A stretch of 64,000 nucleotides of DNA from Terriglobia bacterium (GTDB lineage: Bacteria; Acidobacteriota; Terriglobia; 20CM-2-55-15): positions 640,001 through 704,000 of the forward strand of contig CBDAOY010000005.1 in assembly GCA_965198225.1 (NCBI GenBank), read 5' to 3'. The translations under genes and the position numbers were made by a program. Shown one piece after another: positions 19,685-29,468 of this stretch (position 1 is the stretch's first letter; each line of letters begins with the position of its first letter). Below the pieces are notes generated by a model that was not told the DNA's origin, did no database searches, and worked only from the letters and a program-made list of their open reading frames with translations.

Positions 19685-20773
19685 TCAACATATTTCCCGA
19701 AGGTCGGCCGTCGCCATCTCTTCCAGGGTCAGGCGAAACAGCGCCGAGACCAGAATGCCCTCCCTCCTGCCGTCGCCGTCGTCGGACACCGTGACCCGTT
19801 CCAGATTTCGAGCGGCCTGGACCAGGAGCGATTGCAACACACGGAAAGCGCCGTCACTCAGACCGGGTTTGCCGCGGTAGTAGTCCAGGCGGCCGCTGGG
19901 CCGGTAAGCCGGGTGGTCCTCGAGTCCCATGAAACGAAGGAACCAGTCGGCGCGGTAGTGTCCGAGCGCGCGGACGATGCCGACGTAGTCGGCCACGACT
20001 TCATCCACGACGTTGTTGCCGATCGAGTCGAAAACGCGCTTCGTGAAATAGTGTGTGCACTCGTGGTGGAGACGGATCTTCTCGGACAACCGAAGCCATT
20101 CGGCATCGGCCAGGCCGAGGTCGGACGCCGCCACCGCGCTGTATGGTCCCTCGCTCAGGAGGATGAAGCGATCCTGGTAGAGTTCCTTCTTATCCTGCAC
20201 GTTTTTGAATTCGTGTTCCCATGCCGCGCCTGGATTTCGCTCTTCCCAGCTCCGCCGGTAGAGATGCAGCCGGTCCCAGTTGTTGTAACCAGTGACGGTC
20301 ATCGCACCGACGGACCCCGGAATCGGATCCGGCTCGTTCCGTCTCGTCGTGGCCCTCAAGATGTTCTCGAAATCATCTCGATCGGCGATCGCGATCACCG
20401 GGATCCGTCCCGCGGCGGTCGGGTGCAGAAAAAGCCGGATCCGATCGGGCCGGTTCAACGGCAAACCTGTCGCGAGCGGGCAGGAGCTCAGCGACTGGCC
20501 GCGCCGGACGACCGCGCGGTAGGCGGGCTCTTCGCTGATCCCCTCCCGGATCGGAAAGCCGAGCTGGACGATCGGTTCCCGAAGCGCCACGGCAGCGCCT
20601 TCCTCCTGGGCCCTCGTGGTGTAGCGCTCCCACCGTTCGACGAAGGGCTCGTCTTCCATCGGGAACTCCATCGGGCTTGGGGGCTCCTGGATAGTCCTGT
20701 CGCCGTACCCGAGCAGCTCGTCGACCTCGGAAGGCGTGGCCCCGAAATCAGTAAGAATGTCTCGTCTGGGCAA
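19685..20773 (-). CDS. HExxH-motif protein of unknown function (resembles DUF7005 from memory); candidate RiPP maturase
   Basis: HHECTHYFT followed by NNVVDEVVADY; lies directly upstream of, and co-oriented with, the precursor. Confidence 0.75.
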   Translation of the reverse strand: MPRRDILTDFGATPSEVDELLGYGDRTIQEPPSPMEFPMEDEPFVERWERYTTRAQEEGAAVALREPIVQLGFPIREGISEEPAYRAVVRRGQSLSSCPLATGLPLNRPDRIRLFLHPTAAGRIPVIAIADRDDFENILRATTRRNEPDPIPGSVGAMTVTGYNNWDRLHLYRRSWEERNPGAAWEHEFKNVQDKKELYQDRFILLSEGPYSAVAASDLGLADAEWLRLSEKIRLHHECTHYFTKRVFDSIGNNVVDEVVADYVGIVRALGHYRADWFLRFMGLEDHPAYRPSGRLDYYRGKPGLSDGAFRVLQSLLVQAARNLERVTVSDDGDGRREGILVSALFRLTLEEMATADLREIC

Positions 20774-20864
20774 CGGCTATAGCGGTGCGGCTTCGAGGAT
20801 GAACACCCCGAGCCTTGTCGGAACAGTTCTGGCCAGAGTCCTACGGGTGTTGGCAAGCGGCCTA

Positions 20865-21133
20865 CTAGTAGCCTGTAACAGAGATAGTGACAGCGTCGAC
20901 GATGGGCCTTGCGGGTCCTCTCCCGATTCGTCGCAGATGGAAAACATCGCTGTTTCCTAGCTCCTCTGCGTGGCTGCCAAGGCCCATCGTCCCTTCGGGT
21001 TGCGGCGGAACAGCACCGTCTTCGTCGTCGCGCCTTCTCGCAATGAAGCTGCATTACCTCGGGCCGCGCTCCTAGAATCCGGTACCGTTGCGCTCGCAAC
21101 GCCACTATCACTCTCTCTTTTACAGGTCACTAG
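20865..21133. mobile_element. MITE (269 bp), right boundary of RiPP-like locus
   Basis: CTAGTAGCCTGTAAC...TTACAGGTCACTAG; inverted near-copy of 15023-15291. Confidence 0.85.
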
Positions 21134-21139
21134 ACGGAC

Positions 21140-21823
21140 TCATTCCACGAAGGCACGGTTTATGTAATCCAATTCCGGGTAGTTCTCCAGCAGGTAGGCG
21201 CTGCCGCCTTCCTCGACCGGTCCCTGATTGCCGGCCCGCATACCGCCGCCGGCTTCCTCCCCGTAGCCGCCATAGAGCCGGTTGACGATATCCATGCCTT
21301 CGACGACTCGTCCGAACGGCGCGAAACCCTGCTCATCCAGACGGGAATTGTCGGCCAGGCTGATGTAAACCTGGGTCAACCGGGTGTCCGGTCCTGTCAT
21401 GGCGTAGGCGATGGCTCCTCTCGTATTGCTCTCGACGACCGGGTCGTCGGGTATTTCTTGACCTTTCCACACCCGCGTCACTTCTGGATCGCCCGACAGC
21501 CCCCATTGCGCGATAAAGCCCGGGATCACGCGGCTGAATCGCTGGCCGTCGTAAAATCCGTGACGGACCAGATTGTAGAAACGGTCCGCACCGATAGGGG
21601 CCCACACTCGATGGACCTCGATGATGAAGGTTCCCTGGCTGCTCTCAAACCGGGCCTGGAACGATTCGGGCGCCTCCTCCTTCCAGGCAGGGTGCGCCGG
21701 GTCGAGTAAGACTTCTCCGGCCTCGTCCGGTGTCTCGACGGGCGGGTCCGGTTCGTTCGTGACGCCGCACGCTCCCAGGGCTATCGTCGCAGACAGCACG
21801 GGCACCGAACGAAGAAATATCAA
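21140..21823 (-). CDS. Cyclophilin-type peptidyl-prolyl isomerase, probable lipoprotein
   Basis: LGAC lipobox; WAPIGADRFYNLV..GFYDG..FSRVIPGFIAQWG; APFGRVVEGM. Confidence 0.92.
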   Translation of the reverse strand: MIFLRSVPVLSATIALGACGVTNEPDPPVETPDEAGEVLLDPAHPAWKEEAPESFQARFESSQGTFIIEVHRVWAPIGADRFYNLVRHGFYDGQRFSRVIPGFIAQWGLSGDPEVTRVWKGQEIPDDPVVESNTRGAIAYAMTGPDTRLTQVYISLADNSRLDEQGFAPFGRVVEGMDIVNRLYGGYGEEAGGGMRAGNQGPVEEGGSAYLLENYPELDYINRAFVE

Positions 21824-22122
21824 ATGACAACCTCGAACCCCTCGAATTGCGGCGGTCCCAGGTAGGTTCCTTCCGGAGCCCGGCCCCGGGCGTGGGCCTT
21901 CTGAAAGGCCTCCGATTCCGTCCAGGCGACAAAGGCCTCTTTCGATTCCCAGACCGAGTGCGACGAGTACAGCGTGAAGCTTTCCTCGCTTTCCCCCTTG
22001 AGCAGATGAAAATCCTTGAACCCGGCCACTTCGTCCAGGAAAGACTGACGCCCGCGCCAGATGTTTTCAAAATCCTCTTCGTGTCCCGGTGCAATCCGGA
22101 ACCGGTTCATTGCGATATACAT
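21820..22122 (-). CDS. Antibiotic biosynthesis monooxygenase family (IsdG/HmoA-like)
   Basis: MYIAMNRF..FE..W..WESKEAF.AW..SEAFQKAH. Confidence 0.9.
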   Translation of the reverse strand: MYIAMNRFRIAPGHEEDFENIWRGRQSFLDEVAGFKDFHLLKGESEESFTLYSSHSVWESKEAFVAWTESEAFQKAHARGRAPEGTYLGPPQFEGFEVVI

Positions 22123-22153
22123 GGTTAGGACTCCAATCAGAGAGTTAAAAGTA

Positions 22154-22206
22154 GTGTAGGTGCGCTCTATGAGCGCACGTGTTCCGGTTCGAAGAATGTG
22201 CGGTCT
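22154..22206. repeat. GTAG-type REP doublet (second unit truncated)
   Basis: GTGTAGGTGCGCTCTATGAGCGCAC + spacer + TGTGCGGTC. Confidence 0.75.
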
Positions 22207-22216
22207 GACAAACCCA

Positions 22217-22540
22217 TCAACTGCGTGACGCTCTCCAGGAACGTAGCCAGCCTCCCCTCAGCGCGAACCTGGGAAATGTGACGAACTGCTCGATGAAGAG
22301 GCGGCGGATGAAATCGCCGGCGCCCGCGAAAGGCTTCGGGGGGACTGCTTCCTTCCTGTGCCCGTATCCCTGAAGCCCGAGGCCGGCAAGCATCATGATG
22401 ACACCGACTATCCCGTGAGCCGCGTCAATCATCACGATCGCATAAAGAACCGAAAGCGCCCCGACCGCGAACGCGGGAACCATGACGATGTGGATCAGGA
22501 GGTTCGTGGGGTTCGCGTGTTGTCTGGCGTATTCGTCCAC
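22217..22540 (-). CDS. Mpo1/DUF962-like membrane protein
   Basis: Y..QH.NP.N..IH, LQGYGH..E..P.PF motifs. Confidence 0.75.
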   Translation of the reverse strand: MDEYARQHANPTNLLIHIVMVPAFAVGALSVLYAIVMIDAAHGIVGVIMMLAGLGLQGYGHRKEAVPPKPFAGAGDFIRRLFIEQFVTFPRFALRGGWLRSWRASRS

Positions 22541-22807
22541 GTTTTTTCCTGCCGCGAAGTGCAGAACAGGTTTACAGAACCCGTGCGCTTTTGCAACACG
22601 CTGCAGGCGAACTCGTCGTCAACGCTGTCGCGGATGCGGATCCCAGTGAGATTCCTCGGTCGGAATGTATGTGATCGGAGGCGTGTGTTTCTTGAAGGCC
22701 TTCCGAGTCGCCGTATCCAGCTTTCGGAACACCTGTGGGGTCATGGCAAACCCTTTGGACTGGAGCACCGCGGTCGTATTGACGACTTCGCTATTATCCG
22801 ATAAGTG

Positions 22808-23194
22808 TCACCACTTCGAAAGGCGCAACGTTGCATATGCTGCGAGTGTCACCAGGTGAAAACCCACCAGGCCCCGAATGTTCGCGAGATCCTCAGCGGT
22901 AGTCACGAACTGAGTCGGGAAGCCCAGGTACAGAACCAGTTGAGAAGTGGAGGCAAGGAAGAAACAAGCCACTCCCCAGTGGGTACGCTGCCAGGCTCCA
23001 ACGACAACCATCGCGTCCAGCGTCAGGCAGACGACGTCGAGGATCAGGAAGCCGACGGGTGCTTGCGAAGGGGGGATGCTCCCGAAGCCGAGCAGGTTGC
23101 CGAGGTGGACCAGGCCACCGAAGAGGTACGCCACCGCGATCAGTCTTAGAAAATAGCCGATGAATACGCCTGAGCCCGGATCAAATACCCACAT
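22808..23194 (-). CDS. Hypothetical membrane protein (about 4 TM)
   Basis: Hydrophobic 128-aa ORF co-oriented with its neighbours. Confidence 0.55.
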   Translation of the reverse strand: MWVFDPGSGVFIGYFLRLIAVAYLFGGLVHLGNLLGFGSIPPSQAPVGFLILDVVCLTLDAMVVVGAWQRTHWGVACFFLASTSQLVLYLGFPTQFVTTAEDLANIRGLVGFHLVTLAAYATLRLSKW

Positions 23195-23237
23195 CTGTCA
23201 TGTCCTCAGCCGTCGGCCCCGGCCGGGCTCTAGCTAG

Positions 23238-24260
23238 CTAGTCGAAGATCGACTTCGCGATCTTCGCGTGGATGCCTTTCGTCCCATCCACGAGCTGCGT
23301 GACGGCCAGGTCCATGGCCAGAGAACACAGGATGTAGGCCCTCCCTCGTTCCAGTCCCTTTTCGGTAACCAGGAAGTCGATCATCTCGCGTGTGGCCATT
23401 TCGGCCGCCCTGTCCAGGTCGGGATGCAGCCCCATCGTGATGTAGTGCGTGGGGGTCTCAGCGCGGGGCCGCGTGAGCGTACGGTCCTTGTGCAGGATGA
23501 TTCGGACCGTCCCGCGCAGGGAGGTCTCGAGTGCAGTCAGTGCGACCTCGCCGTCGCCTTGTAGCGCGTGACCGTCGCCGAACGAAAGCAGGGCTCCCGG
23601 TACGTGGACAGGCAGGTACAGTGTCGATCCCGCGACGAGATCCTTGTTGTCGATGTTTCCGACATGGTGTCCCGGCGGGTTGGTGTTGATCCGGCCGAGA
23701 AGCGGGTGCGGGCCGACGCCGATCGAACCGAAAAAGGGTGCGAGCTTCAGCGTGATGCCCGGAGCGAACGCCGCCGTCCCGGTTTCGGGATCGAACCGCG
23801 TGAACTTCAAACGCATGTACGGGAATTCATCCGGGAGCGTTCCGAACCCCGGCAGAAAGTAACTCACGCCGAAGGGATGGAGGAACTCGAAAGCCAGGAT
23901 CTGCACCTCGACCACATCTCCCGGCTCGGCGCCTTCGACATAGATCGGACCCGTCATCGGGTGCGCGCCCGGGCCGCGATCCTGGACCGCCTCCTCGACC
24001 ACTTTCAAGGCCTCCGGGATCTCATCCTCGGGCGCGCCGGAGAGTCGAAGTCGTTCCAGTCCCCTGGCAAGGAGGGTCTCCACGCGAACGGTGTCGCCGG
24101 ACGCGATCGTCAGAACCGGCTCCAGTCCGCCGTCGTAGTAGCCCCAGTGAACCCGTTCCGGAGTCACACCCAGATCGTGGGTTCGTTGAAAAGCCGCCGC
24201 TGACGCGCTGGTCAGAGCAAGAGATGCTGTCAGTAGCACGAGCCGGGAGATGTATTTCAT
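23238..24260 (-). CDS. Acetamidase/formamidase family protein, exported
   Basis: GPIYVEGAEPGD, GNIDNKDL, GDGHALQGDGEV. Confidence 0.92.
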   Translation of the reverse strand: MKYISRLVLLTASLALTSASAAAFQRTHDLGVTPERVHWGYYDGGLEPVLTIASGDTVRVETLLARGLERLRLSGAPEDEIPEALKVVEEAVQDRGPGAHPMTGPIYVEGAEPGDVVEVQILAFEFLHPFGVSYFLPGFGTLPDEFPYMRLKFTRFDPETGTAAFAPGITLKLAPFFGSIGVGPHPLLGRINTNPPGHHVGNIDNKDLVAGSTLYLPVHVPGALLSFGDGHALQGDGEVALTALETSLRGTVRIILHKDRTLTRPRAETPTHYITMGLHPDLDRAAEMATREMIDFLVTEKGLERGRAYILCSLAMDLAVTQLVDGTKGIHAKIAKSIFD

Positions 24261-24307
24261 TTCAATGTCCAGTTGTTTTGATGGAGAAACTAAGTCTTAA
24301 AAAGGAG

Positions 24308-24411
24308 GTGTAGGTGCGCTCTATGAGCGCACATCCCTCATTGCTGAAGATTGTGCGGTCATAGACCGCACCTACACACTGAAGACTGTGCGGTCATAGA
24401 TCGCACCTACA
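24308..24411. repeat. GTAG-type REP cluster (three units)
   Basis: GTAGGTGCGCTCTATGAGCGCAC then two inverted GTGCGGTCATAGA(C/T)CGCACCTAC units. Confidence 0.85.
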
Positions 24412-24418
24412 TATTTTT

Positions 24419-25798
24419 TCAGTTCGAGTCCGTTTCCTCTTCCTTGCGCTGGACCAGGTCGCTGCGTGTCAGGCGAATCTTGTCGAAACTCTCGGCAGAG
24501 ATGACGTAGTACCAATCGGCGAATCGGGCGTTGAGATCGTCCGATCGTGCCTGCCCGTCTTCGACCTTCTTCTGCCACTCGTCGTGAGCGTCCCGCCGCT
24601 CTTTGTTCCGCCGGTCGGCATCGGTCCAATCGTCCTCCGCCTTTTCCGCGAAGCCGGTGTTCGAAGGTTCCGCCGGCTCGGGAAACAGGCGGGGGTCGAA
24701 AGTCGTGGTGATGAAGAGATACCGATTCTCACCCGGGCCTTGAGGATCGTCAACGTCCGTGGAGCTACCCGCGCTTACGTCGTCTCCCGTTCCGTAGAGA
24801 ACCTCTCCGAAGCGAAGCGTATAGGTCACTCCCTCGCTGTCGCGCGCTTCGAGCTCGCCTTCATTCGACAGCAGTTGTCCCGTGTTGGCAAAATAGTATC
24901 CCGCACCCCGCAGGGAGAGCAGATCCGATTGGGAAATGGTGATGCCTCCACTCGATCGCATCAGACTCTGGGAGAGTCCCTCCGGTTTTGGTCGCACTCC
25001 CACGATCGACAACCCGTCGAGTTCTCCCAACAGATCGTTCATTTTGTTGGCTGCCACTTCCTGGTTTGCAGCCATTCGGTCGGCCCGCCAGGTGTCTTCG
25101 ACTTTTTCCAGCGTCAGGGTGTCTCGCTGATTGACCGATCCGGTGCGCTCATTGATCGAGTAGTCTTTCAGCAGCAGCCTGTCGAGTTTGTCCCTGTCGA
25201 CTTGAAGCAGGTCGCGCTCGATCCAATCCTGGAACTGAGTCGAGATATCCATATCCATCCGGGAAACATAGACACGCGTCTGTTCAGGGAGCCGGACGAA
25301 CCGGAGACCGGGTCGGCCATCGGGTTCGTTGCCGACGATCAGGTCGGCGAGAACCTGGTCGTTCTCGTCTCTGACCGTCACGCGCTTGCCGCGACCGGAA
25401 AGCGTGCTGACCGATTCGTCCAGCGGATCCACCACACCCAGCGCTTCATGGTCGGCGATGATGTTTGAACGATAGTCGTCCTTCTTGATGTCGATCAGGC
25501 CTGCGGCTGTCTGGGCGAGACGGTCCTTTCCGTCGGCGGGATACTCGTGGTGCGACGGGATGGTCCACGTCCCGTCGTTGAAGGTCACCTTGAATGGCCG
25601 TGCGGTACCCGTTGCCTCGTCGAAATCGATGACTTCCAGGGTCGTGGCGGCGTTTGGGTCTGTAAAGTCGGGGAAGAATGGCTCATCCCGATCCAGAAAG
25701 TCCTCCGGTGTGACATTGCCTGGCGCGGTCAGGAAAGCGACCAGGACCAGAAAGACGGCGATCCCACCGTACGCCATGGTTTTTCGTTCTTCGGTCAT
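24419..25798 (-). CDS. DUF4340 domain protein (Gld-like ABC accessory)
   Basis: N-terminal TM; WTIPSHHEYPAD; third gene of a GldA/GldFG-type operon. Confidence 0.8.
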   Translation of the reverse strand: MTEERKTMAYGGIAVFLVLVAFLTAPGNVTPEDFLDRDEPFFPDFTDPNAATTLEVIDFDEATGTARPFKVTFNDGTWTIPSHHEYPADGKDRLAQTAAGLIDIKKDDYRSNIIADHEALGVVDPLDESVSTLSGRGKRVTVRDENDQVLADLIVGNEPDGRPGLRFVRLPEQTRVYVSRMDMDISTQFQDWIERDLLQVDRDKLDRLLLKDYSINERTGSVNQRDTLTLEKVEDTWRADRMAANQEVAANKMNDLLGELDGLSIVGVRPKPEGLSQSLMRSSGGITISQSDLLSLRGAGYYFANTGQLLSNEGELEARDSEGVTYTLRFGEVLYGTGDDVSAGSSTDVDDPQGPGENRYLFITTTFDPRLFPEPAEPSNTGFAEKAEDDWTDADRRNKERRDAHDEWQKKVEDGQARSDDLNARFADWYYVISAESFDKIRLTRSDLVQRKEEETDSN

Positions 25799-28506
25799 GC
25801 CCGCAATCTCCTGGCCGCTTCCGCACCCTCCCGTTCGCGCTGCCTGCGTCGCATGAAAATCACGACGCCCAGCGCGAACACCGGTAGCGGCGGAAGCAGC
25901 ACCGCGAGTGTCTTGATGTTGTTCTGGATGCGTCGAAGCTGCGTTTCCATATTTTCCTTGCTGCCGGCGATCTTTGCTTCCTTCTCGGCTTCGATGTTGG
26001 TGCGAAGGACTTCCAGCCTGCGGTTTTCCACTTCCTGGAGGTTGCGGGCCATGATCTGTTTCGTCTGCGCGTCCAGATCCGGCCGCCGCTGCACCTCACC
26101 GACGCGTTCGTTCAGGCGCTGCTGGGCTTCATTCAGCGCGGTCTGCGCGTCCGCCTCGGCCTGTTGCTCTTCCTCGAGCCGGGTTTCGATGTGGTTCCGT
26201 GTCTGCTCCTCGACGCGCTGGAGCGTGCGGTGGCGCATCCGTTTGTTTCTCAGGGCGACGAACGATTCGTCTCCCACCAGCACGTCGATGCAATTGAGGA
26301 AGAATGTGACGTTGTCGAAGCTGAAGTCCTCCGGAGCCTGTTCCCGAATCATGAAGAACTGCTCGGAGATGAAGTCCAGATCCGCGATGACGATAGCGTT
26401 GATACTCTTGCCGGCCGGTTCGGCAGGTTCCTGCGGGGAATCGGCGTTCGTTTCACCTGGCTCGTCGGCGCTCCCTTCTGCGGGTTCATTCGTAGTGCGG
26501 ACGTGCGCCGCCAGCACGAAGTCGTTTTCGTCCGGGCGGTGGGGCAGATTCGGGTTGATCTGCACCCCGAAGAAGCTTCGCTGGACCATCTGGAAGTAAG
26601 CCAGCTGCCCGGACGCGAAACCGGACCGCACGAGAGGCTGGAATTCGATACTGGAATCCACCGATTCGCTGAGGTGGCCGGGATAGAGGAGGACGAGTTC
26701 CTGCAGACCGGCGCTACTCGGGTTGTCGACGTTGAAGACGGACTCGTTCTCGTTGCCCTCCCCGAGGAAAACCACCTCCGGCGCCAGGTGGGCGAGGTCA
26801 GGGTGCGGGTTGTAGGAGTCCCACACGATCAGGTTCGAGTTCCAGGCCACCCCGATTGATGCCATGAATTCGGAAACGTTCCCCTTTTCCTTCGGCGGGG
26901 GCTGGTTTCCCATGAACGGATTGGTGTTGCCGCCGCGCTCGGAAGGAGACAGCCCCACGTTGACTACGGGCAGGGGGTCGACCAGAAGGAGTGTCGGTTT
27001 CCCGGTCTCGATGTAGGCGTGGACGACGTCCATCTCCTCCTGGGACATCGAAGACGGCAACACCACCAGGAGCCCGTCAACCTCTTCGGTGATCGGACCG
27101 TCCGGCGTTATCGGCACCACCTCGTATTGCTTCTTCAACTCTCGTAGCACACCCCATTCCGGGGTGCTGCGCATGGTCTGGAAGTCCATTCCACCGAACA
27201 GGTTGATCTGGGTGTTGACGACACCGATCCGTTTCCGATCCGCTTGCGCCACTACGCGTATGCTTCTCGTGATCTCGTACTCGGCCGGCAGCCCCCGATC
27301 CATGAAGGGAATCACCTGTTCCTGGGCTCCGGATGTAAAGGCCACGCCCAGAAAGACATCCGAGACACTCGTTCGCGCGCTCACGAGGTTGGGAACCTGT
27401 CGAGGGTTGATGCCGAACTTCTCCCTGGCGTCGCGGGCTGCTTCCGTGAAGGGTTCGGTTTCCTCGATGATCACTTCCACTCTCGGGCCGGCCATGGAGT
27501 CGATCTCCCGCAGGAGCCCGAGAAGGTTTTCGCGAGTCTGCACGTACTGTTCCGGTACTTCGGGGCTGATGAAAGCCTGGACGAACACCGGTCGATTCTC
27601 GGGGATCTCCCCGATCAACCGCCGGGTTTCAGGGCTGAGCGAATGAAGGCGTTCGGCCGTGACGTCCAGGCGCAGGCTCGCCCTGCCCATGATGGTGTTG
27701 GCCGAGATGACGATCAGGACCAGCGCCACCGCGCGGAGAGAGTGGTGCGCCCACATCGGATAGCCTGCCGACTGTCGAGGCCAGTGACGGCTGTCGATCA
27801 TCAGCACGTTGAGGTACAGCATCAGGCCACCCAGGGAGAGGAAGTAGAGCACCCCGGACAGGCTCACCACCCCCCTGGCAAAGTCGGGAAAATGGTTCCA
27901 GACACCCAGCGGGCTGAGGAGTTCGCTCAGGTTTTCACTAAAGGCTGCCGTGTAGGGAGTAAAGGTGAGGAGCGAGCAGAACAACGATCCCAATACGAAC
28001 GCGATCGTGAGGTTCGCGGTCAACTGCGACGCCAGCATCCCGACCGCAATCATGGCCGCTCCGATGAGCCAGTAGCCGATGTAGTTGCCCAGAACCAAGC
28101 CCAGATCCGGGCTCCCCAGCCAGAACAGGACGAACACATGGCTCAACGACAGTGCCAGCGAGGCCGTGTAAACGCCCAGCGTTGCAAGATACTTCCCGAG
28201 AACGACTTCCAGACTCGTCGCCGGAAGCGTTAGCAGGAGTTCATCGGTGGACTGTTTTCTTTCTTCCGCCCACACGCCCATGGTCAGCGCCGGGACGAAG
28301 AACACGAGGAGGTACGGGAAGATCGCGTTCAGGAGTCCAAGGGTGGCCAGGTTGTTCTGGAAAAACCGATCCATCCAGAAGGCCCCGGCCGCGCTGAGGA
28401 AGATAAAAAGCGTGATGAAAACGTATCCCGTCGGGTTCGTGAAATACTTCCGCAGGTCCCTTCGAACCAGCGCGCGGATGAACCCGGTGTTCAATTGAAT
28501 GGTCAC
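25795..28506 (-). CDS. GldF/GldG-like fused ABC permease and auxiliary component with C-terminal coiled coil
   Basis: YFTNPTGYVF, PALTMGVWAEERK..ELLLTLP..VVLGKY; RLDVTAERLHSLS; IADLDFIS. Confidence 0.88.
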   Translation of the reverse strand: MTIQLNTGFIRALVRRDLRKYFTNPTGYVFITLFIFLSAAGAFWMDRFFQNNLATLGLLNAIFPYLLVFFVPALTMGVWAEERKQSTDELLLTLPATSLEVVLGKYLATLGVYTASLALSLSHVFVLFWLGSPDLGLVLGNYIGYWLIGAAMIAVGMLASQLTANLTIAFVLGSLFCSLLTFTPYTAAFSENLSELLSPLGVWNHFPDFARGVVSLSGVLYFLSLGGLMLYLNVLMIDSRHWPRQSAGYPMWAHHSLRAVALVLIVISANTIMGRASLRLDVTAERLHSLSPETRRLIGEIPENRPVFVQAFISPEVPEQYVQTRENLLGLLREIDSMAGPRVEVIIEETEPFTEAARDAREKFGINPRQVPNLVSARTSVSDVFLGVAFTSGAQEQVIPFMDRGLPAEYEITRSIRVVAQADRKRIGVVNTQINLFGGMDFQTMRSTPEWGVLRELKKQYEVVPITPDGPITEEVDGLLVVLPSSMSQEEMDVVHAYIETGKPTLLLVDPLPVVNVGLSPSERGGNTNPFMGNQPPPKEKGNVSEFMASIGVAWNSNLIVWDSYNPHPDLAHLAPEVVFLGEGNENESVFNVDNPSSAGLQELVLLYPGHLSESVDSSIEFQPLVRSGFASGQLAYFQMVQRSFFGVQINPNLPHRPDENDFVLAAHVRTTNEPAEGSADEPGETNADSPQEPAEPAGKSINAIVIADLDFISEQFFMIREQAPEDFSFDNVTFFLNCIDVLVGDESFVALRNKRMRHRTLQRVEEQTRNHIETRLEEEQQAEADAQTALNEAQQRLNERVGEVQRRPDLDAQTKQIMARNLQEVENRRLEVLRTNIEAEKEAKIAGSKENMETQLRRIQNNIKTLAVLLPPLPVFALGVVIFMRRRQREREGAEAARRLRA

Positions 28507-28513
28507 TTCCCTC

Positions 28514-29290
28514 CTACTCCTCGACCGTTGACTCTTCAGCCGCCGGTGTCGACGCGTCGCTCGAGACCGGCTCGGTCATACGGTAGAACGGCTCCTCAAG
28601 GGACCCGTCTCTTTTGAGTTCCTCGGGTGTGCCGTCGAAAACCAGCCTCCCCTCGTTTACGAAGAGCACGCGATCGGCCACCGCATCGACCTCCTGGAGG
28701 ATGTGCGTCGAGATGAGGATCGTTTTTGTCAAACCCAATTCTTGAATGCTTTCCCGGAAGCCGCGGATCTGGTTCGGATCGAGCCCGACGGTCGGCTCGT
28801 CCATGATAAGGACCTCCGGGTCGTGAATCAGCGCCTGAGCCAGGCCGACCCGCTGCCGGTAGCCTTTCGAAAGCTTTCCGATCGGTTTTTCCAGGACTTC
28901 CTCGATGGCGTGTTTTTCCGTCACCCAGTCGATCCGGCTCTTCAATTCCTCTTCGGACAACCCCCGCGCCTCGCCGAAGAAACGCAGCAGTTCCAACGGC
29001 GTCATGTCCATGTAGAGGGGGCCATTCTCGGGCAGGTAACCCAACCGCCGCGATGCCTCGATCCGTTCGGCATGGATGTCGAATCCGCCGATGAAAGCGC
29101 GCCCCACCGTCGGGGCCATGAAACCCGTCAGAATCTTCATGGCGGTGGACTTACCGGCACCGTTCGGGCCTAGAAACGCAACGACCTGCCCCGTCGGAAT
29201 AGAGAACGAGATGTCTTCGATAGCCACGAATGGTCCGAAGTATTTGGAGATCCCCTGGGCTTCGATCATCACTGGCGACGTCGTTTCCAT
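28514..29290 (-). CDS. ABC transporter ATP-binding protein (GldA-like)
   Basis: GPNGAGKST, LSKGYRQRVGLAQALIHDP, DEPTVGLDPNQI. Confidence 0.93.
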   Translation of the reverse strand: METTSPVMIEAQGISKYFGPFVAIEDISFSIPTGQVVAFLGPNGAGKSTAMKILTGFMAPTVGRAFIGGFDIHAERIEASRRLGYLPENGPLYMDMTPLELLRFFGEARGLSEEELKSRIDWVTEKHAIEEVLEKPIGKLSKGYRQRVGLAQALIHDPEVLIMDEPTVGLDPNQIRGFRESIQELGLTKTILISTHILQEVDAVADRVLFVNEGRLVFDGTPEELKRDGSLEEPFYRMTEPVSSDASTPAAEESTVEE

Positions 29291-29468
29291 AGTTCGATAC
29301 CCTTCGTTTCGCGCGCAAAAGTTTAGCCAAATTCGATCCGCTGACGCAACCCCCTGCCGGCGCTCCTTCGTCGGGCCGGATCTCCCGAGGCGGCCCTCGC
29401 CCGGCTTGACGGTCCCGGACGATGGGGCCTTGACAGTCGGATACTATAAGGCTTACTTTGTTGACATT

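Noticed and set aside
20488-21111. MIVALRAQRYRILGA ORFs (also 15045..15314)
   Set aside because: Their similarity comes from the two MITE copies, and nothing indicates coding.
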